DNA of 64,000 nt from Camelus ferus (GCF_009834535.1 NC_045696.1:65102001-65166000), one strand, 5' to 3'; positions 43,039 through 57,066 are shown, numbered from the stretch's first letter. Notes: a model not told the origin generated them from the sequence alone. Numbers and translations: made by a program.

Positions 43039-46000
43039 TTACTCAAAAGTAATTTCATTCTAGCTTTTAGCAAAGAAAAGGCAATAGTTTTTTTTGTTTT
43101 TTTCTGAGAACTTTCCTTTCAAACTAATGGAGTCTCTCTTTGACTCATGATCTTCTTGACAGTTTTGGCTTAAGCGAAACTTATTCAATTCCATGAAAAC
43201 TTACTTCATCTATGCAGCATAGAAAAAAAAGAAAGACTATTACATACATATGCTATGAAATGTCCTGTAAATTTTCTTCACTAACTAGCTTTGAAAAAAA
43301 AAAAGTAGACATTAATATATATAAGTGCTTAGAATTAGTCTTTAGTCCTCAAAATAATTTTCCAGCTCATATCCAAATCTGTTTATTAAAGGGGATATGC
43401 ATACATAATGTGTGTGTAATTTAAATGCATATCTAAAGTAGATAATTTTAAAACTAACTTTGAACCAATTTTAAAAATCAGTTTCCTCTATGAATTACAT
43501 AAATGTTTAGCCCAGTGGAAGCTCTGATGGGACATCTTTATGAATAAAGATGTGTAAGACTGGTCTTCATCATGATATAAAGTTTGACCTACATAGTTAC
43601 GACTTGTGAGTTAAGAAGAAAATAACATAAAAAGTGAAAATCCACAAAATAAAGAAGACAGGAAGGCAGGAAGGCAGGAAGGCAGGTTGTTACTTTACTT
43701 TCATTTTCATTTGTGTCACTTCAGTGAAATAGGAGAATTGTAATAATAATCCCACTACCAATAATAGTAATAGCTATCACATGGATAAAATGATCTAGAG
43801 GCGAAGAAAGTGTAAGGAAGTGGTAAAATCCTAAACAAATGACCATCATGATTATGACGCTTTCCCTTTCCTTTTTTTCTCTCTTTTTCTTTCCCATACT
43901 CATAGGGGTTTCTTGCTGATATGAGCTAACCTGATAAGATAACACATAAAACCGCCTGTGGGATTTGCTCTGTTCCCAGGCAACAGATTGCTTACTTTAA
44001 ATATGGTCTTTCAGAAGCCATGATTCATTGCTGCTGTCTAAGTCTGAAGTGACATTTAACAATGGAGACCTGAGGGAGCTGGACCTTTCAGGGTAGTCGA
44101 ACCAATTCAATTCAGCAAATAGTGACTAAATGCCCACGTTGCACTTTCACATCCATTTGCTCATTGGGAAGTGCGAGCCAGGCCCTCTGCTCAGAACAGA
44201 CTACCGGCAATACAGCCCATGCAAGCCTTCCTCTCGTGGAGGTCCCAGCCCTGCAGGGATGACAACTACAGCAAAAATTATTATAATATGTAATAGAGTA
44301 TATCCAACGTGCTATAATAAAAATGTAAACTACATATTGGAAAAGGAGGGGATAGTTGAGTAAAGAAAAACAGCATTCTGGACAGAAGAAACGGCCTGAG
44401 GAAAGACACAGGGCTATGAAAATCCAAAATATGATCAAGGTTTCTTGAAGTGTTATCAGGTGTTGTTTGACGGTGAATATCTTAGGACTATCGATTACAA
44501 TGGCCTTTTCCAAAATTCGGTGATTTAATAACATGCACATCTTTGCTCTATCCAAACATTCTGCCAAATATACCAACATACCATTATTTGCTTTTTATTT
44601 AAAACTCCACATTGATTTTTATTTTTTAGCTAAAATTGTTCTAAGCATTTGAGCTTGATATACTAGTGACATTTTTTTCCTAATGGACTTTAAATATTTT
44701 TAAAACTATTAACATTAAAAATGTCTATCGATCTAAAATAATCTTGAACATCCACAGTGGTATGTTACTGTACATTGAGAAACCTCGTGGTGGAAGATGA
44801 GGCAGGAACAGGAAGGCAGTGTATCGATGGCTTTGGATTCCATAGTATGGACTGGGCTTCACGTTTAGGTACTAAAGAGTAGACATGTTTACAATCATCA
44901 GAACTGTATCTTGAGAACTTAATTCTAGGAGCGCTGTTGTTAAGAGGTGAAAAAGACAGATTGGATAAAACAAGGTCTGAACTTCACTTCGGTTTCCCTC
45001 TTCAAGAGCTGACTCAAATGTTACCTTTTTATGAAACTTGTCCTGACTCCTCCAGGAGCTTAGTGACTTGTATGTGAGACTTCCTTATTAAGCATTCTAT
45101 CTATAGTAACCTCTGCTGCATTGAATCTGTTTCTTTACATATATCTCCTGCTCCTCCATGAATATTCTGAAGATTTGTGTTTTTCATAACTGAGTCTCTA
45201 AAGGCCCAGAGTGTGTGAAAGCTACAGAGGGGTAAAATTTTGTAGAATGAAAGAAATAAAGAGATTAAATAAAAGCTGTTTAATAATTCAAAAATTACTT
45301 AATAGGGATCTAAACTATGAGGGAATCAATTCCAGAAATTCTTATAATTAATGTGATTGGAGGCCAGATTTAGTCAAAGACAGTTCTGAAATTTCAGTCT
45401 GGTTGAAGATCATGACAGGAAACGTATCTCAAATACAAATCCATCCACTGGGAAATGGTGGTCTCTGTGTAGCTTCACTCCTCCAAGATAAAACTAAAAT
45501 ATTTTTATACATTTGTGAGATCAATTACATACTTATGTTGACTGAAATAAAATCACACAATGTGAGCGCTGGAGTTAAGTTTTATTTGGGGTCTGTGCAC
45601 AGAGCTTAATGTATATGGCAGCTGATTGGATGAATGTATGCTGGTTGCCTGCTGAAATACAGCCGTGTTGTAGTGGGGGAACCAACATACTCTTCCCTAG
45701 CTCTGGCTCTGTCCCTAGTGAGTTTGTATCCATAACTAAACGCTCTATCTCAGCAAATTTCAATAAGAGAATGAGTCCAATAGCACCTCCTTGCCTTCTT
45801 GGCGTGTTCCAACGGCACAGTGATTGTAGAAATGGTTTTGGAATTTCTTTCACTCTTGTATCCACAATAATCCATTAAGGATAAAACAAATCAGAGTGTG
45901 AGTTTTAGAAAACATAAACCAAATTATGTTACATTCCTGTTGAAAATTTTCAGTGATTTCCTCTCTTAGGTTAAAATTCGACCAGTTTATCAGGACCATA

Positions 46001-46079
46001 AGTGGAGTCCTTGCACGTAGTTGTTTGTTTACACTGTTATCGCTAGCTCAGTGCCCACAACATACTATATGCTCATAAG

Positions 46080-46615
46080 TGCCAATGAAAAATTGGCACT
46101 TGCCATCTGCCTCTACAAGGTCTGAATCACACTGGCACTTGCCATCTACCTCTGCTGAATTAAATCACAAGCCCCTGCAGCCGCTGACCTCCAACACTCC
46201 CTGAAAGGTGTTCAGGGTGGAGATCAGGAATGAAGCGCTCTGTGCTCTGGGAAAAACTGGCAGAACAGGCCTTCAGATAGATAGATATTTTTAGGAGAAG
46301 ATTTTATAAGCCCAAATTCTTGCATCTCATATCTAGAAAAGCACTAACGGTGACATCTGTTCCTAGCAACTAGCAGCAAGCCTCTGTCTAAATGTGTGCT
46401 TGACTACATGTGCAGTCATATATAATATGACTGAAATCATATATAATATTGACCTTCACTGAAATCATATATAATATTGACCTTCCCCACTATCTCTTCG
46501 GAGCAGTTGCTCAGAGCTATCTGAAGTGCTGCCTCCCTGGCTACAGTCCTCAGTTGGCCCCCAAATAAAACTTAACTCACAGTTCTCACATTGTGTGATT
46601 TTATTTCAGTCAAAG
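46080..46615 (+). mobile_element. ERV1-type solo LTR inserted into an L2 3' end
   Basis: ctgaaaggtgttcagggtggagatcagg...ccccaaataaaacttaactcacag...ttcagtc. Flanked by taag at 46076-46079 and 46616-46619. L2 tail phrases lie on both sides. Confidence 0.7.
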
Positions 46616-46811
46616 TAAGTATGTAATGAGTATATGAATGCATGATAGAATAAGTAAATGAAGGAGTTAACTGTGACTTCCCAGCTAGTTAGTGGTGGAA
46701 TCAGGGCTGGAAGGTAGGTGTCTTGATTCCAAAGCTCTTTATTTCCATTGTCCCCAAATTGTTCTAACTCATGAAATTCTATTCTTTGACCACCTATGGA
46801 AAAGGCATTAA

Positions 46812-46876
46812 TTTTTTTGTATATATATATAAAATTTTAATTGAAGTATAGTCAGTTTACAATATTGTGTCAATTG
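46812..46876 (-). mobile_element. Extremely 5'-truncated L1 tail (65 bp)
   Basis: ttaattgaagtatagtcagtttacaatattgtgtcaat, with the TSD aaaggcattaa at 46801-46811 and 46877-46887. Confidence 0.8.
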
Positions 46877-48024
46877 AAAGGCATTAAGTTTTGAGGTGTG
46901 TGCCTAAAGTTAAATCTGTGGTCCCTGGCTAGGGATCAAGTTACAACAGAATTTACCATGCCCTAGGGCTTACAATCACAGCTTTTTGACCTTGTGTGTT
47001 TACCAGCTGATGTAGTTCACAGAAGCTGTTCCCATATTTTCATTCCATAATGTAGCAATGTGCATTCATCTGCTTCTTATTCAGACTTTTTGTGAGATAC
47101 CTTCATTTCAAATTTATTTTGACAAAGTGTGATCCCATTCCATTTTACAAATGATAAAGAGAAAAATGGAAGAAGCATTGGATTCATCATGTGAAGGTTG
47201 AATAATTCTGATTTTGAGCAATGAATATCGATTGCTCTTTTAAGATGTATTTGAAGAGTTCTTGTCATTGAGGAAAACATTTATCAAGGGTTTCTTGAAA
47301 TCCATTCAAGTGCAAAGAGAAGGATAAGAAGCTATGGTAAACAGATGACTACTTTGCTTATTAAGTTGTTTTGAAATGCACTTTCTTGCTGTAGGAATAA
47401 TGGATATCGCTGAGAAATACTATAATCAGGTATTCTTGCAAAATTGTAGCATAGCTTTGTGTTAGCCTGTAATAAGCAGAAAATGGATTGTTGAAAAGGG
47501 GAAACAGTTGATCCTTTGTCCTAATGAATTTCTTTTTGCTAGCTCTCAAACTTGGATATGTCCCAATGCAAAATTAAAAGCATACGAAGAAATTCATAAA
47601 ATTGTTAATTGGGTTAATTGTAAGCTCAAGCTATTATATTATAGCTGTTTTCCCAAAGTCCCTTTTTTTCTCCAGTTGACCCTCTAATCATGGAAAATTA
47701 TTTTCCACTTTCGTAAGAGTCTTATTGCTGTCCCTACATTTATGTACAAATGAATGTCTCTCTCTGTTAGGGAAAGTGCAAGGCAATTGGAACTTATTTT
47801 AGTTATCTCTTCTTTCCATTATGTTTTGTACATATTTTTATACACCCATTAAGTTTTTTCCCCCTATCTTGAGAAGAAAAACACACCTATATTTGGGATT
47901 TTTTCTCCCTCTACTTTTAAAAAAATTTTCCTTGTAACTGTTTTCACTCACAATCCCTTAACCTATTGAAATGTTTATGTCCTTAACAGTCTTAAATAAA
48001 CAAATGCACAAAAACCTTTGTCAC

Positions 48025-48612
48025 TGTTGACTAGGTCCTTTTCCCCTCACAGAAAGAATTCAGAGACAGAAGCGGGGATTTATTAAGAGATGGCTAGTAC
48101 ACTCTCAAGGGGAGAGCAGGCAGGCTCAGGTGAGCACTTGCCCTGAGTTTGTTTGGCAAGTTGGTTACATAGAGTGTAAAAATGAATGGCTGGAATACTA
48201 ATTGGGGAGGGAAGAGTTTGGGGTTATATTCACTGATTTTCATCCCAATTCTACCTTCCCAAAGGGAGGAGGGATTTTTTTCCTTATTTAGTCTGGATCA
48301 GAATTGTCATGGCCTTGATGGGTACTTCTAATCTGCACGGCTAATTTTATTGAAATGAGGGGACAATGAGCAAAAGAGGACATTTGGACACTACAGATTC
48401 CTGCCTTTTCCCATCTTTCTTTGTTGGCCTCTAAGCCACTCCTCACCCCAAAATGTATGATCGCTTATCCACCCAGAGGTTCCTTCTTTTCTTTCTCTGC
48501 CCAAGGACTACATGACGCATTTGGCCTATGCCCCTCGTTTTTGCCCAACCCGTGCCATTTGGTCTGTGTCCCCCTTTCTCTGCTCATATCTAGCTACCTC
48601 CCTGCTCTAACA
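48025..48612 (-). mobile_element. ERV1-type solo LTR
   Basis: tgttgactagg...agaattcagagac...tttatt near the left end and ctctaaca at the right end (TGTT...AACA termini). Confidence 0.65.
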
Positions 48613-50714
48613 TCTTTATCCTTCATAGATGCTCACGCTATTACAGCATCTCTTTATTTTCCTTACTAAACAATTTAGAAGGACATTGAAGACTTCTTGT
48701 CTCCAAGACCTCAGCTCACACTCAAGCCTTCTCTTGCATCTTGCCTTCCTCACTTGTTACAGCAGATACCTAGAATGGATTTTAAGAGTTAGATAATATG
48801 ATTTGATTCAGTTTGTCTATAGTCCTCCAAGACATTTTTGCCACGTGCTTGGCGACTATGACTGAACTTGCTCTTGCCAAGCACAGTACGTACAGTTAAA
48901 TTAATCGTTTTTCAATCTTCATCTTAAAAATTCCTTGTAATGTTTACCAGTTGACTGTTATACAATTTTCAATTTTTAAATATTCCATTTCCTTTGGCTT
49001 CCATGACCCCTCCTTGTCTTTATAGGCCCCTGACTCTGTCTTTTCCCCAGAACACTTTGTTTTGGATTTACTTGAACCTGTGTCTCTCCAAGTGCAATTT
49101 TTAAGATTTCCAAAAAACTCTTTTCTTATTTGCAGCCTCCTGCATTATTTTTTGCTTGACACTCCTTGCTCCTTCAAGCTATCCTGTGTATCATCCCAAA
49201 TAAACCTCACTAAACATAACCTTCCTCGACTCAGAAAATTTTAGTGGTTTCTTATTATTTAGTGAGTGAAGTTCAAACCCTTTAATTGATGTGCAAAACT
49301 AGCAATCCTTCCAATTTTATCTTTGCACCAGATAGTCGCTTTTTCTTTCATTTGCTTTCAATTATCTCTAGTCTTTGTAGGTTTCCATTTAACTGCCACA
49401 TCTATCTTTCTATCGCCATTTATTAAAATAAATCTAGTATTCAAATCCTATTTTAAATGTTATTTTTGTCATAAATTTGGCCACAGATAGTCTCTCTGAA
49501 GTTTGAGTTTTGACAGCACTTAATCTTTTATAATATTTCCCACTTTTTAACTTACTTGGAGTTTTCCCACTTAGTAACACATTCTACTCAAGAGCTTCTT
49601 TAAGAGCAGGAATCATAGCTTAATTATGCTTATACCCATCCCCAAGTGGCTATCATGGCTGCCTACCATGACAAGTGCTCAAAATTATTTATTGTGTAAG
49701 TAAACATGTAAATGAATTAATGAGTAATGATACAATCATGCTTTCTAAAATGAAAAATTTCTTTTGGAAAATTTCCTTTCTATAGCAGTAATGAACCAAG
49801 TTTTAAGTTATTGCCTTATTTTTTTTCTTTTAATTTACTATGCAAATCACTGACTTTAGCAAAACAAGTATTTCATTTGCTGGTGAAAATGCTTAAGACG
49901 ACAAAAAAGAGGGCATATTAAGAATCAATGGAAGCCGCTACATCTGTATCTTTTTAACACCATCTGTCTCTCAAGTTGTTAGATGAATCCAAAACCCATC
50001 CAAGTTTTGCTGGTCTGCAGCAGTAAAATGCTTCAATGGCAATTTCAGACAGATTGAACATATTTCAATTAGACAATTTAGTTGTAAGAGCATTGCTTTG
50101 GTGGATAACCCTCCAGGGATTATAATGAATAGAGCTTAATTGGTTTATTAAGTAAAATTTACAAAAGCCAGGAGCTTTAGTTTGAAAAAACTTTTAGACA
50201 TCAGTGAGGCACGGCTTTGCATATAATAAATGTGATGGGCACTTGCTATTGCAGAGGGGTTGGCAAATGGTTGTACAAGTTAGATGACTACTCTAGCTAA
50301 CTGAGAAGTAGCCTCTAAAACCACAAGCATATATTTAAATATTTAAAAATATTTAAATAATTGAGAAACAATAAAGATGCACCTAGCACTGAAGCTAAAA
50401 ATTAAACCTCAGTGTGGTAACTTGTCAAGAGAGTCTGGCCTGAGGGTCAGAATTCTGAGATTCTAGACCTAAAATTATAAAATATAATTAAATTTCTATA
50501 TTCGGAAAGTTCATCATCATAAATATCGTTGCCATTACACAACCTTGAAAAATAAGCCTTCATATTTGCATATATTAGTAGGCATACAAAACAAGATCTG
50601 GAGTTTAATCTTTACATAATTATGCCTGTATTCATATAATTTAAGGTTTAAGAATATCTGGAGTTAGTTGTAAATATATATGTTCCTAATATGTGTTAAG
50701 ATCACATATGTAGT

Positions 50715-50867
50715 GGGAGGAAGGTATAGCTCAAGTGGCAGAGCACATGCTTAGCATGCATGAAGTCCTAGGTTCAATCCCCAGTATCTCCATTAAAAAA
50801 AAAACAAAACAAATAATAAATTAGTAAATAGACCTAATGATCTCCCCAACAAAAATAAATTTTAAAA
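50715..50867 (+). mobile_element. tRNA-derived SINE (camelid vic-1-like)
   Basis: tagctcaagtggcagagc (A box), ggttcaatccc (B box) and an A-rich tail. A degenerate TSD aa(g/t)atcaca(t/g)atgta is at 50698-50712 and 50868-50882. Confidence 0.88.
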
Positions 50868-51599
50868 AATATCACAGATGTAAGGTTATGTGATGGCATG
50901 GATGCATCAAAAAAGCATAAATCACTTCCAGTTGGAAAGAAAATTTTATATCATTTATTTCTAAATTTGTCATTTAACAAATGGGGAACAAGAGGGTCAG
51001 AAAGGGCAAGAAAATCCACCATGAAGATAGTTCTCCAAAGCCGGACCTCTAGACAGTTGGCCACAATTGCTTCGAAACTCATGTAATCGGCTTCCCAGCT
51101 GGCTACTTAGGTGCCTTTTTACAAGTAACTGGTGAACTCTTGCTTCCACGGCTGTGACACAGTGAAGAAAAATCAACAGAGCCTCTAAAGGTGAAACAGT
51201 GATTTGGGAAACTGAAGAAAAACGCAGAAGAATACAGTCTAGAATTTCCTGACTCCAAAAATGTACGCTCAATTTAACAGGAAATTAACCATGATTCCCA
51301 GAAAAATCCCTTTTATCCCACTAGGATAACCTATAGTCATACTAGGATCAGATCTCTTTTTTAACTTAGAGCGTTATTCTATAGCGTTAGCAAAGAAAAA
51401 TATTGTAGCTTATGTAACCATGGGGATAAAATGCAATTGAATTCAAATCGAGATGTATTCTAATATCCCCCTATGTTTAAAGCATTATTCTAAGCAGGTT
51501 TGGGAAAGTAGATATGAAAATAATATCTAATATCTGTATTCATAGTATACTTTATAATAAAACAAATCTAATATACATAGTATACTTTATAAAATGTCT

Positions 51600-52045
51600 T
51601 GTTATGGGTTGAATTTTGTCCCCCCAAAGGAAGTGTTGAAGTCTTAACCCCTACTACTTGTGTATGTATCCTTAATTGCAAAGAAGGTCTTTGCAGATGT
51701 AAACAAGTTAAAATGAAGTCATTATGGTGGGTCCTAACTCACTATGTTGGGTGTACTTATAAGAAGAGGAAAATGCCATGTGAAGACATATGACACAGGG
51801 AGAATGCCAGGTGAACACGGGGAGACATAGGAGTATGAGCTGCAAGCCAAGAGATGCCAAGGGTCCTCGGCCACCACTAGAAGCTGCGATAGAGCAAGGG
51901 AGGAGTCTTCCCAGAGTCTCAGATGGCCTGCTGGCTCCTTGATTTTAGACATCTAGCTCCCAGAACTCCGAAAGAATAAACTTCTGTCATCTTAAGCCAC
52001 CCAGATTTTGGTATTTTGTTAATGGTAGTTCTGGAATGCTGATAC
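51600..52045 (+). mobile_element. MLT1 (MaLR) solo LTR
   Basis: tgttatgggttgaattttgtcccc...gaataaacttctgtcatcttaagccacccag...tggtattttgtt. Confidence 0.85.
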
Positions 52046-54508
52046 TTTTTTTTTCTTTCAAATTTTACATTTGTATTAATTACAATTGGACATTTAGTTG
52101 TCAAATTTTAAAACATTAAGGGCTTACCCTAATTTGAGCCTAAATTTTCAAAGACTGTGGTAGGGCATTCCAGAAAAAAGGAACTGACCTGAGGAGCTTC
52201 GCAGGGACAAGGATTAAAGGCTCACGTGGACACAGCTTGGGGTCTGGTTGGTTTTGGCATTGTTCCCAGCGGGAAACTGTGGAAAGTGAACAAGGTACTA
52301 TCAGAATTAAGTATTGCTCTTTCGAAAAATGGACACTAAACCTGAAAACAAATGGGCTGCTTGTTTCCAATTATTTTATTCATCTCCACAGTCCTACAAA
52401 GAGATAGGATGTGTCCATGTTTTATTACTACTATATCTAAAGAGGACGATAAAATCATACAATTCAGGTCACTTACAGCATTGGAAATCTTATTTTTCCC
52501 GCCTCATTAGATCTTAGGAACATTGGAGAGTAGGTGAGAGAAACAGGGAAACCAGTAATTAAATTGGCAATGTGCAGCTCTACAATCACATGGCTCCCTG
52601 GATTTATAAAGAATTGTGGGCAACTCCTGACAGTAGCAAATGTAGGTCATAAAACTCTGTGTACCTGAAGCTTGCCTCCTACTCTTTCCTCTTGGTAACT
52701 CAATTGAAAGTAATTGGAGAAAAATCATTGAGTTTTCTAAGGAGAAAATCAGTCAGAGCCATGACAAAGCCAGAGGTTTGTGTATTACCAAACCTCTAAT
52801 GATAAGATTCTACTTTTACAGTTGTTTTCCAGAAAGTACTTTAACGTTGTCATCTTGATCTTTTTTAAATAATAGGAACTCACACTCATGTGTGCTTTCC
52901 ATGTGCTGGGAATGCAAAACTTTACATGAATTACATTTTAACAACCATCCTCTGAAGCTTCGCTACTGATGAAGCAAATTTAGGATGGAAAAGTTAACAT
53001 GCCCAGATTCACAGACCCTAGAAAAGGCCAATCAAGTTTCCCTAGCAATCAGGCACTGAAGCTCATGGACTAAACCACAATTCCCTTCTGCTTCTGAGAG
53101 CTAAATGTTGTATATGCTAAGTACCAAAATCTTACGTCTGACATCGTCTGACTCCTATTTTTCTGAAGCCAAATATCCATTTTACATACAGAGAGTGTCA
53201 CCTGCAAGAAGCATCGGGTAATGAGCCTATGATCCATTTCCTCTTAACTTTTATCCTTTTCTCCGTAAACTGTAGGTGAAGTCTCCCTGCCTGCTCCGTG
53301 AGTCTTCCTCCATACTCGATTCATAAAATGCACACAGGTGTGGCTCTTACCATCTTGATACAACACATCACCCTTCACCACAATGTAAACTCCTTCATAT
53401 CACGTCCGGCAGGATCATGTCACGTTCACTCCCAACGCTCCCAGAGTGCCAGGTGGAATCGTTTGTTTTTAGTGTATATACTCCTACATTATGCTGTATA
53501 AGCTGAAGAAGCAAAAATAAGAATCAATCATTAGTGCATGAAGAGTTACTCAGATTACCATGTGTAGAATATTTCTGATTGGGAAAGAATCTCTCTCTCC
53601 ATCTTTATGTCTTATAAAATCCATCATCAGTAAGAAGGACCTTATATTATCTGTCCTGACAATATCACACAGATGTGTGTAGATCAAACTCTAAACTGAT
53701 ATATAAATAAATATGAGATGACGTCACTAATGTTTTGCCATTATCTTCTGATGTTTACTTAGTCCTTGTCTATATTTTACTACATTTTTCAACTTCATTC
53801 TTTCTTCTAAGCCAAACGTTAAACAGATTTCACACAGTAACATTTTTCCCTACTTTATTTACTTTCCTATTAGGATTCAAATGTGAATATGCTAATAAAT
53901 GACACTTTCTAGGTAATAGATTTTTTTATTACCCCAATGAAGTGATCACTTGAAAGTTTATGTATATCTCTAGATCTTTTTCCTCTATTTCATCCTTGGA
54001 ATTAAAATATACATTCTCTTGAACTGAAGGAGGTGGTGGCATAAGGAGAATAAACTTGCCCCAGCAAAAGAAAAGGTGGCTTAGCGCAGCTGGTCTGCCT
54101 GAGTGTCAGTAATCCCCTAGGACATCATCGAGCTAATGCTTCTCCCACTATTTCTTCAAAACAGCACCTTAAAACTGAGGGCATCTATTGGTTCACTAAT
54201 TAAAATAAGGGTCTCTCTACTTCATTAAAAAAATACAATTTTTCCAAAATTTTTAATACTACGTTCATGAAGGAGAGAAAATTATACATTTTTAAAAATG
54301 AGGCAATCATTTTTTTCCCACAACCCTCCTAACTCAGCCTGGAAGTTGATTCCTTTTCCATCTTTTCCTTTTCAAAGCTTTAGTGTTCTTGGCAAAAATG
54401 AGATGCCAGGAGGCCCACTAGTGATGATTCTTATGGAGACACTGACTCAAGAGACGGTGTGCCTATGGAAAGTCTCTGAGAAAACGAGATTTGTCCTAAA
54501 GTTCTTGT

Positions 54509-54525
54509 AAAAATGATCCAGTTTT
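54509..54525 (+). repeat. L1 target-site duplication, 5' copy (aaaaatgatccagtttt)
   Basis: An identical 17-mer occurs at 61705-61721. The GT|AAAAA junction resembles the L1 endonuclease TT|AAAA site. Confidence 0.9.
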
Positions 54526-54536
54526 GAGAGACGGAG

Positions 54537-55700
54537 AAGATGGCAGAGTAGAAGGGCGCTCGCAGGTCACCCTCTCCCACAAATACACCAAGACCCACAT
54601 CTACAGACCCACTCAGCCAACCAGAGCACCTGCGGAACTCCTGACAGCACATCACCCTCTTCAAAAGACAAAGACGCCAAAAATCTGGTAGGAGAAAAGG
54701 AGAAAAGAAGGAACAAAAGGCAAAGCAGCGCGGGACGGGTCCCGCGGGGAGGGAGCGGCAAAGGAGGACTGGCGCTCGCTCGCTGGGTCTCCCCTCTCCA
54801 ACTGAGAGGCCAGCGGGACGGAGGGGGAGCCTCCGAGGCTCGGATCTGTACAGAGCAGCCCTTGACTGACAGAACTAAGCTAAACCCGCACAGAGCGTCC
54901 CCCCGACACCCAGCCTGAGACGCGGGCCGGCAGCGGCGGGCAGGGCCAGGCTGCACAAGCCGGGCAGAGGACGGGGGCGGCTGCACGGAAGCAGCCCCGG
55001 GGGAATGCAAGGGGCTGCGCGCCGTGGCTGTGGGTGCACAGGGCAGAACAACCTGGGCCCTCCATAAAACAGCGAGGTTGATGTGCTCTCGGGGGAAGGG
55101 TGCACACCCCCATCTCTGAGTGTTCGGGGGAAGAGAGGCGGGGCTCAGGCACAGCCGCCATATCCTCCGCGCTTAGCACTCAGGCGGGGGCAGGGGCAAA
55201 ACCTGCATCCGCACCGAAGGGCTTAGCAGCCTCAAAGGCCAGACTGAGACTGGCCTGCAACCCGGGGCAGATAGGATCCTTCCATCCTGGTCCCTCAGAG
55301 AACTTGCTCCACAAAGACAAACAAGGAGCTGGGTTTTGGCTCGGAGCAGGGACAGGGCTATCCCTCGGTCTTCCCCGAGCCCACCTGCGGAGCACCGACC
55401 AGGGCAGAGCGTCGACCAGGGCAGAGTGCACAGCCGCACAGAGAGCGGAGCTACAGATGGCGCAGGTAGAGGGAGAGCGCCCCCCCCCCCCCCCGGCCTT
55501 TCGGGCAGGAACACAGCCCCTGACCGAGGTGCTGGGAGGGGGCACGACCCGCCCTCCTACCTGGCCAGTCTGCAACATCTGACTGCGGCATCCGGAGGGG
55601 CAGCGACCCGACCGCGATCTGCTTGCGGACAGGTGCTGGGAGCAGCACAGAAGAGGGCCGCCAACGGAGGGCCTCTGAAAACAGCAAGCTGAGCTTCCAA
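54537..55700 (+). promoter_or_regulatory. L1 internal promoter / CpG island with YY1-like site
   Basis: AAGATGGC at 54537-54544 near the element start. The region is CpG-dense and GC-rich against an AT-rich background. Confidence 0.75.
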
Positions 55701-56163
55701 AACAGGACGAAGACAGAAAGACTTCACATTAAAAGCACACAGACTCCAGGAGAACACCGACAACCCCCCCCCCTTTTTTTAAATCTGTTTTTACCTGTTC
55801 TATTTTCTATTACTCTCTTAATTTTTACTTCTTAATTCATTTCTATTTCTCTCGGGTTTTGATGTCCTGCTATTGATTAGACACAGGTTTCAAATACATC
55901 TATTCATCCCCCCCAATTTTTTGTAAAGGTTTTAAAAGGTCGTCTCAACCCGATTAATACTCTGCTTCAACTCACTCTTCTATTATTCATTATACACTGT
56001 TTTCAAACCCTCTTTCTCCCTTCTTTTAAAGTTCTTTCTCTCTCTCTCTTATTTTTTTTTCTTTTTTCCCTAAGTTCTATTCCTAAATAGGCATCAGATA
56101 GATAAAATCCTTAAGGACCAAAATAAACAACTGATACTCCATACACCACAGTGCCAAAGAGGT

Positions 56164-57066
56164 ATGAGCAAGATGAAGAAGCAGAAAAACCTTTCCCAAA
56201 TAAAAGAACAAGAGAAATCCCCTGAAAGAAAGATCAATGAAATAGACATCGATAGCCTACTAGATCAAGATTTCAAAAAAGGAGTGATCGAATTGCTGAA
56301 GGAATTAAAAGAGATAGTGTTTAGAGATATAAAATATGTCAAAAATGAAATTGAAGCTATAAAGAAGAGCCAAGTAGAATGGGTAAACTCACTGACAGAG
56401 ATGAGGAATGATCTAATAGCTGTGCAAAGCCGACTAGATAATGCAGAGGAACGAATTAGTGATCTAGAAGACAGGGCAATAGAAAGCACCCATTCAGAAG
56501 AACTACAAGAGAAGCAAATAAAAAATAATGAAAATAGCATAAGGGACCTATGGGATAATATAAAGCATCCCAATCTTCACATAATAAGGGTCCCAGAAGG
56601 AGAAGAAAGATCAAAGGGGATTGAAAAGGTTTTTGAAGAAATCATGACTGAAAACTTCCCAAACTTAAAGAAGGAATCAGATATCCAAGTACAGGAAGCT
56701 CAGAGGGTCCCAAACAGGAAGAACCCAAATAGACCCACACCAAGACATATCATAATCAAGATGGCCAGAGTCAAGGATAAAGAAATGATTCTAAAGGCAG
56801 CAAGAGAAAAGCAAAGAGTAAGTTACAAGGGAACCCCCATAAGGCTCTCAGCTGATTTCTCTACACAAACACTACAGGCCAGAAGGGAGTGGCAAGATAT
56901 ATTCAAAGCCCTGAATGAAAAAAAGATGCAGCCTAGGATCCTTTATCCAGCAAGGCTATCCTTGAGGATAGAAGGAGAAATAAAGAATTTCACAGACAAA
57001 AAAAAGCAGCAGGAGTTTAGCAACACTAAACCCATGCTAAAAGAAATATTGAAAGGGCTATTCTAA
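56164..57066 (+). CDS. L1 ORF1p (RNA-binding chaperone), intact, 300 aa
   Basis: Uninterrupted ATG-to-TAA ORF with a coiled-coil region and typical ORF1p motifs (LWDNIK, ENFPNL, PTPRHIIIKM, IRLSADFS, ARREW, YPARLS). Confidence 0.95.
   Translation: MSKMKKQKNLSQIKEQEKSPERKINEIDIDSLLDQDFKKGVIELLKELKEIVFRDIKYVKNEIEAIKKSQVEWVNSLTEMRNDLIAVQSRLDNAEERISDLEDRAIESTHSEELQEKQIKNNENSIRDLWDNIKHPNLHIIRVPEGEERSKGIEKVFEEIMTENFPNLKKESDIQVQEAQRVPNRKNPNRPTPRHIIIKMARVKDKEMILKAAREKQRVSYKGTPIRLSADFSTQTLQARREWQDIFKALNEKKMQPRILYPARLSLRIEGEIKNFTDKKKQQEFSNTKPMLKEILKGLF

Noticed and set aside
44112..44579. 155-aa minus-strand ORF
   Set aside because: No recognisable homology or motif. It is consistent with a chance ORF in intergenic DNA.
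50331..50360. AT palindromic tract (also 2519-2550 and 39140-39195)
   Set aside because: Low-complexity AT sequence readily forms such inverted repeats.
50715..50792. tRNA-like sequence as a tRNA gene
   Set aside because: It is followed by the SINE body and A-rich tail and flanked by a TSD, so it is a tRNA-derived SINE head.
54567..55835. Cluster of overlapping GC-rich ORFs and a CpG island suggesting a host gene promoter
   Set aside because: It lies entirely inside the TSD-bounded L1 5' UTR, and stop-codon scarcity is explained by GC content.
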